Counted from the stretch's first letter, positions 36,512 to 49,030 are shown. The stretch: 64,000 nucleotides of DNA from Octopus bimaculoides (GCF_001194135.2 NC_068986.1:37213667-37277666), one strand, 5' to 3'. A program made the numbers and translations. The notes: generated from the sequence alone by a model not told the origin.

Positions 36512-37419
36512 TTTAAAGCAAATATAGAAGGCGTCTAAAGGGTCCGTTAAATAAGAAATAACGTTATATACTCGTGCTCAAACCTGTATGTATTTCAATA
36601 GGATATCATCCTGAAAATAACATGATTGTGTCCTTTATTATAATATTCTCGCTCGTTTACATCTAATAACAATGCTGATTTATTTATTTATTTCTATATT
36701 GCATTCATTCAATCAGTCATTCATTCATTCATTTATTTAGCTCTACTGGAGATGGAACGGGTGAATTCATTAACTGGTAAGCACCAAAGAATAAAACCTA
36801 TTAACATTAACAATAGCAACAATATCAACAAAAGCCAACAAGGGAACCTTTCATGTGGTTTTTCGAAACATTTGAAATAGCAGTTAAATCTCCTGGTTTA
36901 TTTAACCCTTTTGCCTGTCCAAAGCATTTTCGTAAGTTTTTCCTAAACGCCAAAGCTTGTTTTCAGACTTTTTAGTTCGCCCTTGTTTCATATGTTCTGA
37001 GTAATGTAAAGTTTTCCTATCATAAGTTCTAAGTTACTCTGGTGGTTGAAAACAATTTGGGAAGATGTATCATATACGATGCATGGAAGTCAAGGAAATC
37101 ATGTCCCGTATATCACATGTGATACACTGGACAAGCAAAGAGATAAATGTACAGGGCATATCATATGATATAGCGCTTCATGCACATAAAATGCGAAAGG
37201 TTATGGTTGGAATAGCTTAGATTATAGGTCTATTTGGTCCTGGAACTAAACAATAACAGAATGGCTACGATGACAGTAAGAACGAGGGCAGTACCCAGTG
37301 TCAAGTTACAAGGTCTCCAAGACTGGAGAGTAGGAGATATCCTAAAACTAAAAACCTTTTTTCCGAATACAACAGAGTGGACTCCGCTGACGGTACCCAT
37401 TGTATCAGGTGATGGCGAT

Positions 37420-37680
37420 AAGCTGGGCAACAGGTTGTCAATCACCGATGTGTACCATGTCGGGATTCAAACTCAGAACGCAGAGAACCGAGACAACTAC
37501 TGCAATGGCATCGTGTCCGACGTTCTTACAATTCTGCTAATCTACTCTTGAGGATTGATACAATCATTTCCATCGACTCCCGAAAGGATGACAAGCGAAG
37601 TTGACCTAGGCGGGATTTGAACTCAGTGCGCAGACAACCAAAATAAATACTGCAAGTCATTCTATCTGGCAGGAACGCAA
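37420..37680 (-). mobile_element. Two decayed SINE family C fragments
   Basis: ATTCAAACTCAGAACG...ACAATTCTGCTAA and CCCGAAAGGATGAC...GATTTGAACTCAG. Confidence 0.6.
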
Positions 37681-38012
37681 TTCGTTTCGGGCGAGCGCTT
37701 ACATACATCTTCGTAAACACTAATTTCTTGTTGGTAGCAGCAGCAGTAGTGGTGGTAGTGATGGTGGTATTGGTCACGCTGATAATGGTGTGCGCATGCG
37801 CATTTGTTTTAATGCTTAAATTTGCCTTTTCAGTTTGGTGTGTACATAGGCCACCAACCAGATATGTCTGCCCTAATTAGGGCACAAATCAAATATGTGA
37901 TTCACGACAAACACAAGTCCCTTAATAAATAAGATGTGCGTTATTCACAGAAGAATATCCACGAAAAAAAAAGTGTATAAGAGAAGGGATTGTGATGACG
38001 GTGGAAAAGGAA

Positions 38013-38018
<6 letters not shown>

Positions 38019-38072
<54 letters not shown>
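38019..38072. repeat. (GA)n microsatellite
   Basis: About 27 GA units. Confidence 0.95.
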
Positions 38073-38075
<3 letters not shown>

Positions 38076-38582
38076 CAATTATTTGAAAGGAGAATGAGTA
38101 ACCTCCCAAAATTCACTGCATGGCAAACTGCTTAAAACAGTTAATTAATATGGATCTGGTCCACTAAATTTGATTAACTGATAAAAGTTATGGAAGTATG
38201 AAAAGAATCCACACAGCAATAAAAACAAACGTGGTGTGGGAGCAGAAGACTTGAAGAGGCACTGGCCTCAATAAAAATATCATCGCCTGTTGTTGTTGTT
38301 GTTGTTGTTATTGTTGCTGTTGTTTAACCCTAAGTCAACCAAAATTCAATAGGCCGATGATCAAAAGTAATCCAATCAAGGCCATCACAACTTTTTAGAG
38401 ACACCTACGACTACACTCTCGTGTTAAATCCTTTTAACGGCGTATCTCGAAACTAGTACAACTGTAGCTGATAGCTTGTAATATAATGGGTTAATAAATA
38501 ACCTTCGATGGAAAAAAAAGATAGAAGCTACTTACGGGACGTGAACCATGCATCTTCCGTACAAATGTATAACCTAATATAT

Positions 38583-38796
38583 TGGTTTCAAATTTTGGCA
38601 CAAAGTCAGCAATTTGGAAGGAGGAGTAAGTCATTTACATCGACTCCAGTGCTCAACTGGTAATTATTTTATCGACCCCGAAAGTTTGAAAGGCAAAATC
38701 AACCCTGGTGGTATCTGAACTTAGGACGTAAAGACGGACGAATTGCCGCTAAGCGTTTCGTCCGGCGTGCTAACGATTCTACCAGCTCGCCGCCTT
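38583..38796 (-). mobile_element. SINE family C, full-length
   Basis: All motifs present; head reverse complement CTAACGATTCTACCAGCTCGCCGCC. Confidence 0.9.
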
Positions 38797-40144
38797 AATG
38801 CATAACGTAATATATTACAAGTTATTATTCGTTTCGAGATATACCGTTAAATAATTTATATATTTCTCAATGCTTTTACATTTATACTTTGAAATGTAAA
38901 CAGATTTACATCAATCAAGGATTTCACTGCTGTTTCTGGTAGACTGAGCAATCTCTCAGACCCAGATAAGCTTTCCCTTTCTGACTCACGATGCGAATAG
39001 ACAGTGATGTTTCGAACACGACCATCCTATTCTTTATATATATATCTAGAATAACGTGAAGTATGGTCTGCTGGACCTTCTGAATGGCACACAGACGAAA
39101 AATCATTTTAAAATGCTTTTTTTAGTGCGGCTCGCCTGAGGAAGAACTATGTCTTATGAAACCCGCTTCTCGAAAAAGTTTGTCATGCCTGATCCAGAAC
39201 ATTTTCTAGTATGCCCTTCACATTTTAAGACGATAGACAATGATGTGAGGGAGATTTGGCTGATCAATCGTATAGAGAGGGAGAGACACAGACGTTGATA
39301 CGAACTATGGATTGGAAGCATGCTCTCGACAACTGTGCAGAGAGAAAGTAAAATAAATTGAAAAACGGCCCTGAGTGTATTCAAACGCTTTAAATAAGCG
39401 ATTCGCAAACTGATATGTATCTCCTCTCCACCCCCAAAATTAAGGATTTTTTTTCTTTTGGCCCTTATCCTATTCGTACATTAATGAGAAAATGAATCAG
39501 AGTTTGCATCCGTATATTTCTTCTTTCCTTGCCATGTTTTTGGATAATTTAAAAACCATATTAATTTTATTAAGTATGGCAATTTGTCCGACCCTTTTAT
39601 ATTCCACAACATGCCCCTCCAGGAGATGAGGTGTGGGAGACAATATTTTAAATGACATATTCAGTATTTTATTATATAAAGGGGTTTGAAAACTTCGACT
39701 AAATCTCCCACCCTGACAACAACGTTTTAGATTTTAAATTGATCTAAGTTTTTTCTTTTGCTTTTTGTTGGCTAAGCGAGCCATTATTAGTGGTGGAGAA
39801 AGAAAGACTGCAGTGAATAAAATTAAAAACAGAAGCAATTTTAAACGAAATTGAAATTTACGAACTAACCTAAATTCAATAAAACTTGTAATTAGAATCG
39901 ATTAAGAAACCATTTTTCTAAGTGCTTATTATAAAATGATCCGAGTTCAAATTTCAACTTGAGATTTTTTTTTCCCCAGCACACCCAACCGATTCCAAAT
40001 TTAAGAAAAGATCTTAGTTATTTCAATTGGAAATTTCAAAGTCCTATAACATCCACCCACGCACATCTATCTATCTATCAATCTATCTATCTAAGGCAAT
40101 AATCCAGCATGGCCACAGTTCATTGATTGAAACAAGTGAAAAGT

Positions 40145-40480
40145 GTGTGTGTAGCTGTGCTTAAAAAGTTCGCTTCGCAAACACGAGATTCCAGGTTCAG
40201 TTCTACCGCGCATCATCTTGGGCAAGTGTTTTCTACTATAGCCCCGGGTCAACCAATGTTTTGTGAGCGAATTTAGTAGAAGGAAACTACATGGAATCCC
40301 ATTGTATATATAAGTATGTACGTGTTTTATTTTTGCTCTATCACCCGCCACTGCTTGATAACGTGTTGGTTTGTTTACGTCCCCAATGGAAAAAATGCTA
40401 AACTTAAAACGAATAAGTAATGTTTGACGAAACTCGCCAAGGCAGTCCCCCACCATGGCCGTGGATCATTGACCGAAGCA
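40145..40480 (+). mobile_element. SINE family A, decayed
   Basis: GGTTCAGTTCT...CTTGGGCAAGTGTTTTCTACTATAGCCCCGGG...TTTACGTCCCC. Confidence 0.7.
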
Positions 40481-40969
40481 AAAAAAAAAAAAACACGGGT
40501 AATGGCGTCACTCAGTTCAGCACCACTACTTGGATCTTGAGTACTTTACGTGTGGTCAACATAGTCGTATGTATTAGGGTCAGATGTCCGGTTTGAGGCG
40601 AATCACACACGCATACATACATTTCCATCAGTCTTGGAGGACTTAGAAAATTAATACAGGTACTGCTCGTCCTCCTCTGAATCACACATAAAAATGGCAG
40701 ACACGTGTGTGCGCGTGCGTGATCGCAACGAGTTTATTACATACTTAAACTAAGTTTAAGTAGTTTGTGAGCTACAAACGAGAAAAAAAGAAAACTTCCT
40801 ATTACACGAACAAGGAATTATGTTTAAGGGTACCATAAAATAAAACAACAATAAGAGTCACAATAACAATCTGCTGGATAAGATGGGGGTGGGGGGTGGA
40901 CAAAGGTTATAAAAGACGAATCCCATTCGTTTCGTGCTGAGAACAAACAAATGTTCTATTCTGAAAGGG

Positions 40970-41330
40970 GATGAGTGATTTAGAAGCTTGCTTTCCAGCC
41001 GTGTGACTCTCGGTTCGGTCCCACTGTACGGTACCTTGGGCAAGTGTCTTCTAGTGTAATGAAAGAAAGCATTGCGAGTGGATTCGGTAGATGGAAACTG
41101 AAAGAAGCCTGTCGAATATACATATATAGGTAAGTGTGTGCTTGTCCCCGCTCCACCTCATGACAACTGGTCGTTCCCGTAACATAGCAGCTCGGTAAAA
41201 GAAGCCGATAAAATAAGTGCCAGACTCTAAAAAATATCTACTAGTGTCGATTTGTTCGACTAAACCTTACAAGGCGGTGCCCCAACACGGCCGCAGTCCA
41301 CTAAGTGAATGAAACAAATGAAAGATAACA
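40970..41330 (+). mobile_element. SINE family A
   Basis: GGTTCGGTCCCACTG...GGCAAGTGTCTTCTA...GGAAACTGAAAGAAGCC...GGCGGTGCCCCAACACGGCCGCAG. Confidence 0.82.
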
Positions 41331-42314
41331 GATACATAAAATAACTCCCCAATACATCACCGTTCAAAGGTTTGAGAGTGGATTTAGGGAAGATGGAACT
41401 TGAAAGAAGCTTGTATAGATGTGTAAAGGGTGTGTGTGTGCGTGAGTTCATTTCCAGATTTCTGTAAAAACATATTCGGCCACAAGAGAAAAAATGCAAG
41501 AATAAAAAAAAATAATTTTAAAAATTAAAATAGAACAGTCATATTTTCAACATAAAATGTTTAAAAGAAAAGCTGTTTCATATATATATATTCCAGATTA
41601 TCTCAGCCTCATGATCAGGATGCTAGAGCGTTCTGGTTTTTTGTGGTGCCTTTCTTTTAATTACCGCTTTATATTTATACAAATGTTCTCACATCACTTG
41701 ACTGTTAGAGAATTAATGTTCTACGATATCGATACCTACACACAATACATAACACACACCACGCACACAAGCACACACAACCATCACAGTTTCCGTTAAC
41801 AGAATTTCATTTAAGTTATTAACCAACACGAATCTATGAAGGAGATATTTGTCCAAGTCTCCAAATAAAGGAATCTGATTTGGAACCATGTGGTAGCAAA
41901 ACTAACCTCTTATACACACGTATATGCTTGCAGCCATCTAAGTATAACTGCTTTGGAAAACATACAATAAGAAATGACTGTAATCCATAGATTTATGCTT
42001 TTGCCATATATCACTTTTCACATAATAGATCAGAATAAGTATGCGCAACATTCGTTATAGAAACACTTTAATTGACATGCTGCTCCGAAACCCCCAACCC
42101 CTGTTGCATTATCGGCTTAACGTGCAAATCTACTGTTGCACAGAAGCCATCACGCAACCCGTAATCTGTAATAAGAATCTGGATCTATAATAAAGGAGGA
42201 ATGAAATGAGTGAGAAATTTTGGTTTTAAATTAAACGTCTGCAGATGACTTGGTATCACCAATAGCTAGATGAAATGTAAGGTGATGGAAAATAAACACG
42301 GTGTGTTGGCAGGG

Positions 42315-42472
42315 TTGTCTTTACGTTCTGAGTTGAAATTTCGCCGAGGTGACTTTGCCTTTCATCCTTTCGGGGTCGATAAATTAAGTACCAGTTGCGT
42401 ACTAGGGTTGATCTAATCGACTGGCCCCCTTCCCAAAGATTTCGGGCCCTGTGCCTAGAGTAGAAAAGAATT
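42315..42472 (+). mobile_element. SINE family C, 5'-truncated, young
   Basis: TTACGTTCTGAGTTGAAATTTCGCCGAGGTGACTTTGCCTTTCATCCTTTCGGGGTCGATAAATTAAGTACCAG. Confidence 0.88.
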
Positions 42473-42989
42473 TCCCACCTGCTGGAAGTGTGTTTAATTT
42501 TGGCGATTCCTTTCGCATTGTCAGGTTGACAACTAATTTGAAGTATTGAAGGTAGATTTAATATTCCTACAAAGCATTCCTTATGTGCATGGGAGATTAA
42601 ACCAAACTTTACCATTCATCTTTTGCAGAGGGTAAAATAAATAGAAGTAACACAAACAGTTCAAGCAACGGAATATATTTTATGCTATACAGAAGAGAAA
42701 TTCAAATGCTTGTTTCAAAACGTGACACATGAAACCAGTGTATGCATATTCGCGCATATATATANNNNNNNNNNNNNNNNNNNNNNNNNNNNNNNNNNNN
42801 NNNNNNNNNNNNNNNNNNNNNNNNNNNNNNNNNNNNNNNNNNNNNNNNNNNNNNNNNNNNNNNNNNNNNNNNNNNNNNNNNNNNNNNNNNNNNNNNNNNN
42901 NNNNNNNNNNNNNNNNNNNNNNNNNNNNNNNNNNNNNNNNNNNNNNNNNNNNNNNNNNNNNNNNNNNNNNNNNNNNNNNNNNNNATATA

Positions 42990-43024
<35 letters not shown>

Positions 43025-43094
43025 GTGCGCGCGCGTGTACATACAGGGAAAGACTGACAGTGGCGAAGCTAATGCAAAGCGCAACTCTGAAGTC

Positions 43095-43325
43095 ACTATT
43101 AACGTTCTCCACACTTAATGTCAGTGAAACTCGCGACATATCTGATCCAGCGGGAAATTTGTGCTTTCGGTATTCTGCAATCAGAGAAGGACATTGACTG
43201 GTTACGACGCAAGGCACCAGACATGATCGGAATATCAATACGAGAGCATATCTGAAATAAAGTAATTCGAGAATGGAACGGATTGAACAACTTACGAATT
43301 CAGGATCGTCAAATACAAAGAGAAA
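43095..43325 (+). pseudogene. Decayed RTE-like LINE fragment
   Basis: Translation DMIGISIREHI*NKVIREWNGL matches RTE motif MLGISLR(D/E)HIRNEVIRERSGV. The stop is TGA, explicable as CpG decay of Arg CGA. Confidence 0.55.
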
Positions 43326-43335
43326 CGGGATATGA

Positions 43336-43740
43336 GCGATCTTACGGTACAAGTCCTAAATATCGGCCTTTTCCGTAAAAAGTGTCTTCGGCGATCTTTA
43401 CCAAAGATCGGGCCTTGTCCATAACAACCGCACGATCTTCACTACGGTGTTAGGGTAGGATTTTAGTGTCAGGGTTAGGGTTAGTGTTTAGGGTTAGGGT
43501 TATGGCTACGGTTAGGGACGGAATTCCCTAACCCAAACCCTAAAACCCAAACCCTAACCCTAAGCCTAACCCTAAACCCTTCAAGAGAAATGGCGCTCTC
43601 TATATCTCTTTCGCTTTTATGACATCGTTTCCCTGTTTCTCTCCAACACTTTTTACGGAAAAGGTCGATCTTTGGTAAAGATCGCCGAAGACACTTTTTA
43701 CGGAAAAGGCCGATATTTTGGACTCGTACCGTAAGATCGC
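43336..43740. mobile_element. 405-bp MITE with about 85-bp TIRs, internal inverted telomeric-like repeats and a 10-bp TSD
   Basis: TSD CGGGATATGA at 43326-35 and 43741-50. TIR GCGATCTTACGGTAC...; (TTAGGG)-like 43450-43518 then (CCCTAA)-like 43526-43579. Confidence 0.92.
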
Positions 43741-44770
43741 CGGGATATGATGTTTATCCTTGCTTCATTTATTTATTTTGTCTTCTTTTTTTTTTATAGC
43801 CAGTGTTAACAGAGAAAGAGCAGCATCAGTTCAGGGCCCTTCTCAGACGCTGCGTATCTGCTATCTGCATCAGAGTCCTTGGTTTTTACGATTAACGATG
43901 TTCTCACTGATGGTGTTCGGCCGAGATAAAGATTACGAGCAATCACTCAAGTGTCAATTACGTATGACGTCAAACTGTTACGATCAGTAATTNNNNNNNN
44001 NNNNNNNNNNNNNNNNNNNNNNNNNNNNNNNNNNNNNNNNNNNNNNNNNNNNNNNNNNNNNNNNNNNNNNNNNNNNNNNNNNNNNNNNNNNNNNNNNNNN
44101 NNNNNNNNNNNNNNNNNNNNNNNNNNNNNNNNNNNNNNNNNNNNNNNNNNNNNNNNNNNNNNNNNNNNNNNNNNNNNNNNNNNNNNNNNNNNNNNNNNNN
44201 NNNNNNNNNNNNNNNNNNNNNNNNNNNNNNNNNNNNNNNNNNNNNNNNNNNNNNNNNNNNNNNNNNNNNNNNNNNNNNNNNNNNNNNNNNNNNNNNNNNN
44301 NNNNNNNNNNNNNNNNNNNNNNNNNNNNNNNNNNNNNNNNNNNNNNNNNNNNNNNNNNNNNNNNNNNNNNNNNNNNNNNNNNNNNNNNNNNNNNNNNNNN
44401 NNNNNNNNNNNNNNNNNNNNNNNNNNNNNNNNNNNNNNNNNNNNNNNNNNNNNNNNNNNNNNNNNNNNNNNNNTTTTTTTTGAGTTAATCAAAGAAGTAC
44501 CAGTTCTGCACTGGGGTCAATATAATCGACTTAACCCCTTCCCCCCAAATTCCTGGCCTTGCTCCAGAATTTGAAAACAGTATATATGTTACTGTGTACT
44601 GATTGTGTCGTTGTAGTTTAACCCTCAAGTCAGCTTTGATCAAAGAGACTACTATGGTCACAGTCATTTCAGGTGTAACCATATCGTCTCTTTTAAAGAT
44701 ATCTAAAAATAACAAAACACAGTCGTCACTTACAAGCGAGTATATGATTCGGTTGGTAGAAACGCTATGA

Positions 44771-44987
44771 CGAGCTTAGCAGAAACGTTAGCACGCCGGG
44801 CGAAATGCTTAGTGGTATTTCGTCTGCTGTTACGTTCTGAGTTCAAATTCCACCGAGGTCGATTTTGCCTTTCATCCTTTCGGGGTCGATAAATTAAGTA
44901 CCAGTTACACACTGGGTCGACTTAATCCCTTTGTCTGTCCTTGTTTGTCCCCTCTATGTTTAGGCCCTTGTGGGTAATAAAGAAATA
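44771..44987 (+). mobile_element. SINE family C, young, with perfect 13-bp TSD
   Basis: TSD AGAAACGCTATGA at 44758-70 and 44988-45000. Confidence 0.93.
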
Positions 44988-45074
44988 AGAAACGCTATGA
45001 ATTCGCTGTTTTAGGTGCCCATGTAGTCTCGAACAGACTGACACCTCCTCAGACCTCCCAGTCTTGACCCAGAG

Positions 45075-45331
45075 CAGTGATTCTCAACCGGGACCCATAC
45101 GACCCTTGGGGGTCCATATAAGATTTTGTTGTTAAAATTTATGAGCAATAAATTACTTATACTTTTACAATACACCAAATATTTTAGCATTTTTTATAAA
45201 CAATTGCTAATAATATTCCATTATAAAAATATAAGAGGATTTTTTTTAACATCGAATGGCTATGGAGGCCCCACCAGAGAAAATATGAATCAGAGGGGTC
45301 CATAGGCAAAAAAAATGGTTGAAAACCACAG
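45075..45331. mobile_element. hAT (Charlie-like) MITE
   Basis: CAGTGATTCTCAACC...GGTTGAAAACCACAG termini; homologous to 62282-62503. Confidence 0.75.
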
Positions 45332-45469
45332 CCATAGAGGAACATCGAGAATATGGCAGCTGGAGGAATATGAGAGTAAGTAGACTGGAGTAACTTAAAA
45401 AAAAAAAAAAGACTGCGCCACATGCTCAAAAATCGAACCTCCAGCTATTTTGATCATAACCAAACGGCC

Positions 45470-45770
45470 CTAACCACTAGGCCATATTCTTTCCTTAAAG
45501 TGCATTTATCTAACTTACCCTTTCCTTTTTTAAAGTAGGGTTTGTAATCTGAGAAAGAGATTTAGCTTGCTATTTCTTTCAAATCGAGCGATCGCTGTCT
45601 TAAGAACGAACCTGCAGCTTCACGGCTCCAACCACTAGGTCACATTCGTTCCTTAGGGTACATGATCTAATTTGTCCTGTCTATTTTTTAAGGTAGGACT
45701 TGGGATTTGAGAAAGAGATTTAGCTAACTATTTCTAGCAAACAAAGTGACCACGTCGCAGCTCCCCTCAC
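45470..45770. repeat. 158-bp diverged tandem duplication (SINE head remnant plus family D piece)
   Basis: AACCACTAGG at 45472 and 45630; GAGAAAGAGATTTAGC at 45551 and 45709. Confidence 0.8.
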
Positions 45771-46858
45771 CTGCATTACAGTAATGTGTATGTGAGGCAA
45801 TTTAAGTGATCTTTATGTAAGCGAAGCGGAATCCACAACGACGCTTCTTTGGTCTACTTTACACCACCTGAACATAAAAGTAAGGTATTGTTTGGCAGCA
45901 GGTGATTACTAATGAGACAAGCTAAGTAGTAGATACAGGTGTGAAGGAAGGGATGGGTGCAGGTCTAGACGTAGCTTGTAGTTTAGAGACACGACTTCAC
46001 TTTTAAAGAGAAGGAATTTTCGCAAGCTTCCGGGAAAAGTAAGAGAAAAAAAAAAGAACCACACCAATTTTTCTTTTGTTTTCATTTCATGTATTTTTTT
46101 TTTCTCGGTATTCAAGTTTTTCTTTACTTAGGAATTAAATATATGTATGTGGGTGTGTGTGAGAATGGAATTTTCTCACACACACACACTCACACACGTT
46201 TATTGCCTCTCACTCGAAATACCATGTTTTGTTGTTTTAGAAAATACCGTCTTTACCCTAATTACAAGCAGAGATTTAGACTTAATTACCAAAGGCACAG
46301 ACGAATTCAAATGCCAAGTCTTCGGTGACGTGACATAGCATATTCTAAAAAAATGAAAGAAAAGAGAAAAAAAATGTTAAGCCCAGATCAAGGAGTATCC
46401 GGCGTTACCAAAGAGTCTTAACCTTACTTAAGACGGGTATATAATGTGATTTGTGGGAGATTTGGCTACTTTTTCTAGCAAGCACTCTTTCTGGTCAGGT
46501 CACTTAAAAGTCTGTTAGAAACCAAATACGTTGCGTGTTTGATGTGAACACATAGCAATATATATATATAATCCATCTACCACCCTCACTATCTATCTAT
46601 AATTTACACACATATATAATGTTAAACTTCACGAAAGATATTACAGTTTTTTTTTTTGTTTTGGTTTAAGCCCCAGTTTACCTCTCAACCCCGGAGACTT
46701 ATGAAGAAAAGACTACCACGCTGTGAGTGACCAATCTGTTGGTTTGGGGATTTGATTTTATTTCTCATACAAACTATATTTAGGGCCATATTATTTAATG
46801 GTTATGATTTGAGGGAGATTTGGCTGCTATTTCAAGCATATTGAGAGACTATGTAGAG

Positions 46859-47003
46859 CAGGCATAGGGAACTTTTTCTCGAGAAGGGGGCCGCATGAGA
46901 ACTGGTTCATCATCAGTAGGGTCGCATTACAAAAAAGTTCAAGGTAACTTTTCGTTGGTGTGCAATTGGGAAAGTCCCGCGGGCCGCAGTTTGCTCATGA
47001 CTG
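46859..47003. mobile_element. hAT-type MITE (145 bp) inside family D repeat
   Basis: CAGGCATAGGGAACT...AGTTTGCTCATGACTG termini. 8-bp TSD ATGTAGAG / ATGTAGAA. Confidence 0.8.
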
Positions 47004-47259
47004 ATGTAGAAGTTTATTCATTAACACAAAATTATATAAGAACTGTTGATATGTATGACCACCACGACGGTTACCGTACCTCCTCTATCCTAGTTTTCAC
47101 AACACTAACGATTCAAACTTATACGTCAGCAGTTCCCATATTTAGGGGTCGCGACCCAATTTTGCATCACTGTATAAATCAGAAAGGGTCCCAAAAAAAG
47201 AAAAGAAATTGACATTTGAAATTTTTGTTAAACTATAAAATCTTCATAAGTTATTCAAA

Positions 47260-47600
47260 TGGCACGTTTAAGAAGTTCGTTTCACCACCACGTGGTCGCG
47301 GGTTCAGTCCCAATACGCAGCCATAACGAGCAAGTGTTTTCCAGGGCCTCAGACTAACCACTGCCTTATCTATGAATTTGGTAGACGGATAATTGGCAGA
47401 AACGCATCGTGTGTGTGTGTCTGTGTGTGTGTTTCTTTCAGTGCTTGACAACTGGTGTTGCTTTGTTTATGTCCCTATAACTTATCGGTTTGGCAAAAAA
47501 GAGGCTGATAGAATAAGCACCGACATTTAAGGATTGGGGGTCGATTATATGGACTATAACCTTCAATACGGTACTACAGTGACCGAAACATGTAAACTAA
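47260..47600 (+). mobile_element. SINE family A, decayed
   Basis: GCGGGTTCAGTCCC...TTTGGTAGACGGA...GACAACTGGTGTTG...GGGGTCGAT. Confidence 0.7.
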
Positions 47601-48399
47601 TAAAAAACAAATTGTTGACTACAAAAAGGTTACAACCAGTGCCTACTGTTTTCGGGCTTTCGAGGGTTATTTTAAAATTGAAGGGATTTCTTCTCGAAAG
47701 GGGCTCGACATATTTTCCCAGAACCCTTTCGGCACTAATGATCCCTGCCCGATATATCGGTTGAAACACGCTCTTCGAGGCGCTGCCAGTGTCATTTAAC
47801 GGCTGGTGTTATGAGGGTGACGTAGCATCGGGGCCTTGAGGGCTCATGAATAATATAACTTCGTCCTATTTCGATGTGAGTGGGGCCCAATTCTTCGGTA
47901 CAGTATCAGAGTCTACGAACACCTAATATACAAGATATACTGTAAAGATTGAAAAATGTTTTCTACCCCTCAAGAAAAGTATCGAATGTTAAGTGTACCC
48001 CAAAGGGTTATATATATATATATACATAAAAAAAGAATTGAACCCCGAATATTGGACTTACCAAACTAGGCTGTGATAATAAATTATCAGGAACTGCTAC
48101 TCTAAGTGGTCGCACGACCGGCTAGATATAGTAGCTAAAATCCCCTTAAACCACAATCCAACTCTCTTAAAAAGGAAGACACAATTTGGATAAGTCTTGG
48201 ATACATGTCTGAAAATATCATAGGCTGGCTGTGGTTGGTGAGTAGACCTAGGGTTAAATAACTAAACATTTTTCGAAGTGAAAAGAAAAAGATAAAAAGA
48301 TTATCCAAATGCAGGTATGGAAAAACTGAGAATTCAAGGCACTTATATTTTAATTAGGAAAACAAAAAAAAAGGGTGGGAGGTAGGTGTGTGATTATTA

Positions 48400-48529
48400 A
48401 GCTCTGGATTCGAACCTACGGCGCAGCATCTTGGGCAAGCGACTTCCACTGGGGAACAGAGTAATCAATAGCTTATGAATGGAATTAGTAAACGGAAACT
48501 GTGCGGGCGGGCGGGCAGAGCGTGGTATG

Positions 48530-48562
<33 letters not shown>

Positions 48563-48770
48563 ATCTATGGGTATGTGATTGATTACTAGAGTATAAAAAA
48601 AAATTGCGTTGTGACGAAAATGATTATTCAGCTATTTGACAGAGATCGATAAAATTAAGTACCAAACTTAAATAAGTACTGGGGGCGCGGGGCGGGGGGT
48701 GATATGAGCGACCAAAACCGTTGAAGATGGTGCCTCAGCAACTCTACAGTTCAATGAGTGAAAACAGAAC
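48400..48770 (+). mobile_element. SINE family A, heavily decayed
   Basis: GGATTCGAACC...CTTGGGCAAG...AAACGGAAACTG...ATAAGTACTGGGG...GGTGCCTCAGCA. Confidence 0.55.
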
Positions 48771-48849
48771 GACTTAAAATCAATTAGGAATCGAAATCGC
48801 GTCGCAGCGGACTTGAGGAAAGCGATAGAAAGAAAAAGAAAAACGTCGT

Positions 48850-49030
48850 TGATTTTGTTTAACCACAGGCCAGCCCTGATAGAGCAGATTTATGATCAAA
48901 GGCCTTCCAACCGTGACTATAATGTTTTGTTTTGTTTGTTTGTTGTTGTATAACGGAGAGATTCGAGGGAGAGATTTGACTGCTATTTCTAGCAGATAGG
49001 CCGAACGACCGCGATGAGATACTGGCTATT
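48850..49030. repeat. Repeat family D (AAC-tailed element), representative copy
   Basis: TTTAACCACAGGCCAGCCCTGATAGAGCAGATTTATGATCAAAGGC...GAGGGAGAGATTTGACTGCTATTTCTAGC. Related pieces near 14.5, 23.3, 29.8, 38.3, 39.2, 46.4, 46.7, 48.1, 50.5, 59.5, 59.9 and 63.3 kb. Confidence 0.7.

Noticed and set aside
38925-39165. Two further hammerhead near-misses (minus CTGAGAG...GAAACAGC; plus CTGAGGA...GAAACCCGC)
   Set aside because: Each lacks either G8/A9 or the NUH triplet and stem I.
42610-42640. Micro-exon TTTTGCAG|AGG|GTAAAA
   Set aside because: Splice-like motifs alone are expected by chance in 64 kb, and there are no supporting neighbouring exons.
43450-43579. Telomere-telomere chromosome fusion site
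   Set aside because: The inverted TTAGGG/CCCTAA tracts are enclosed by TIRs and a perfect TSD, so they arrived as part of a transposon.
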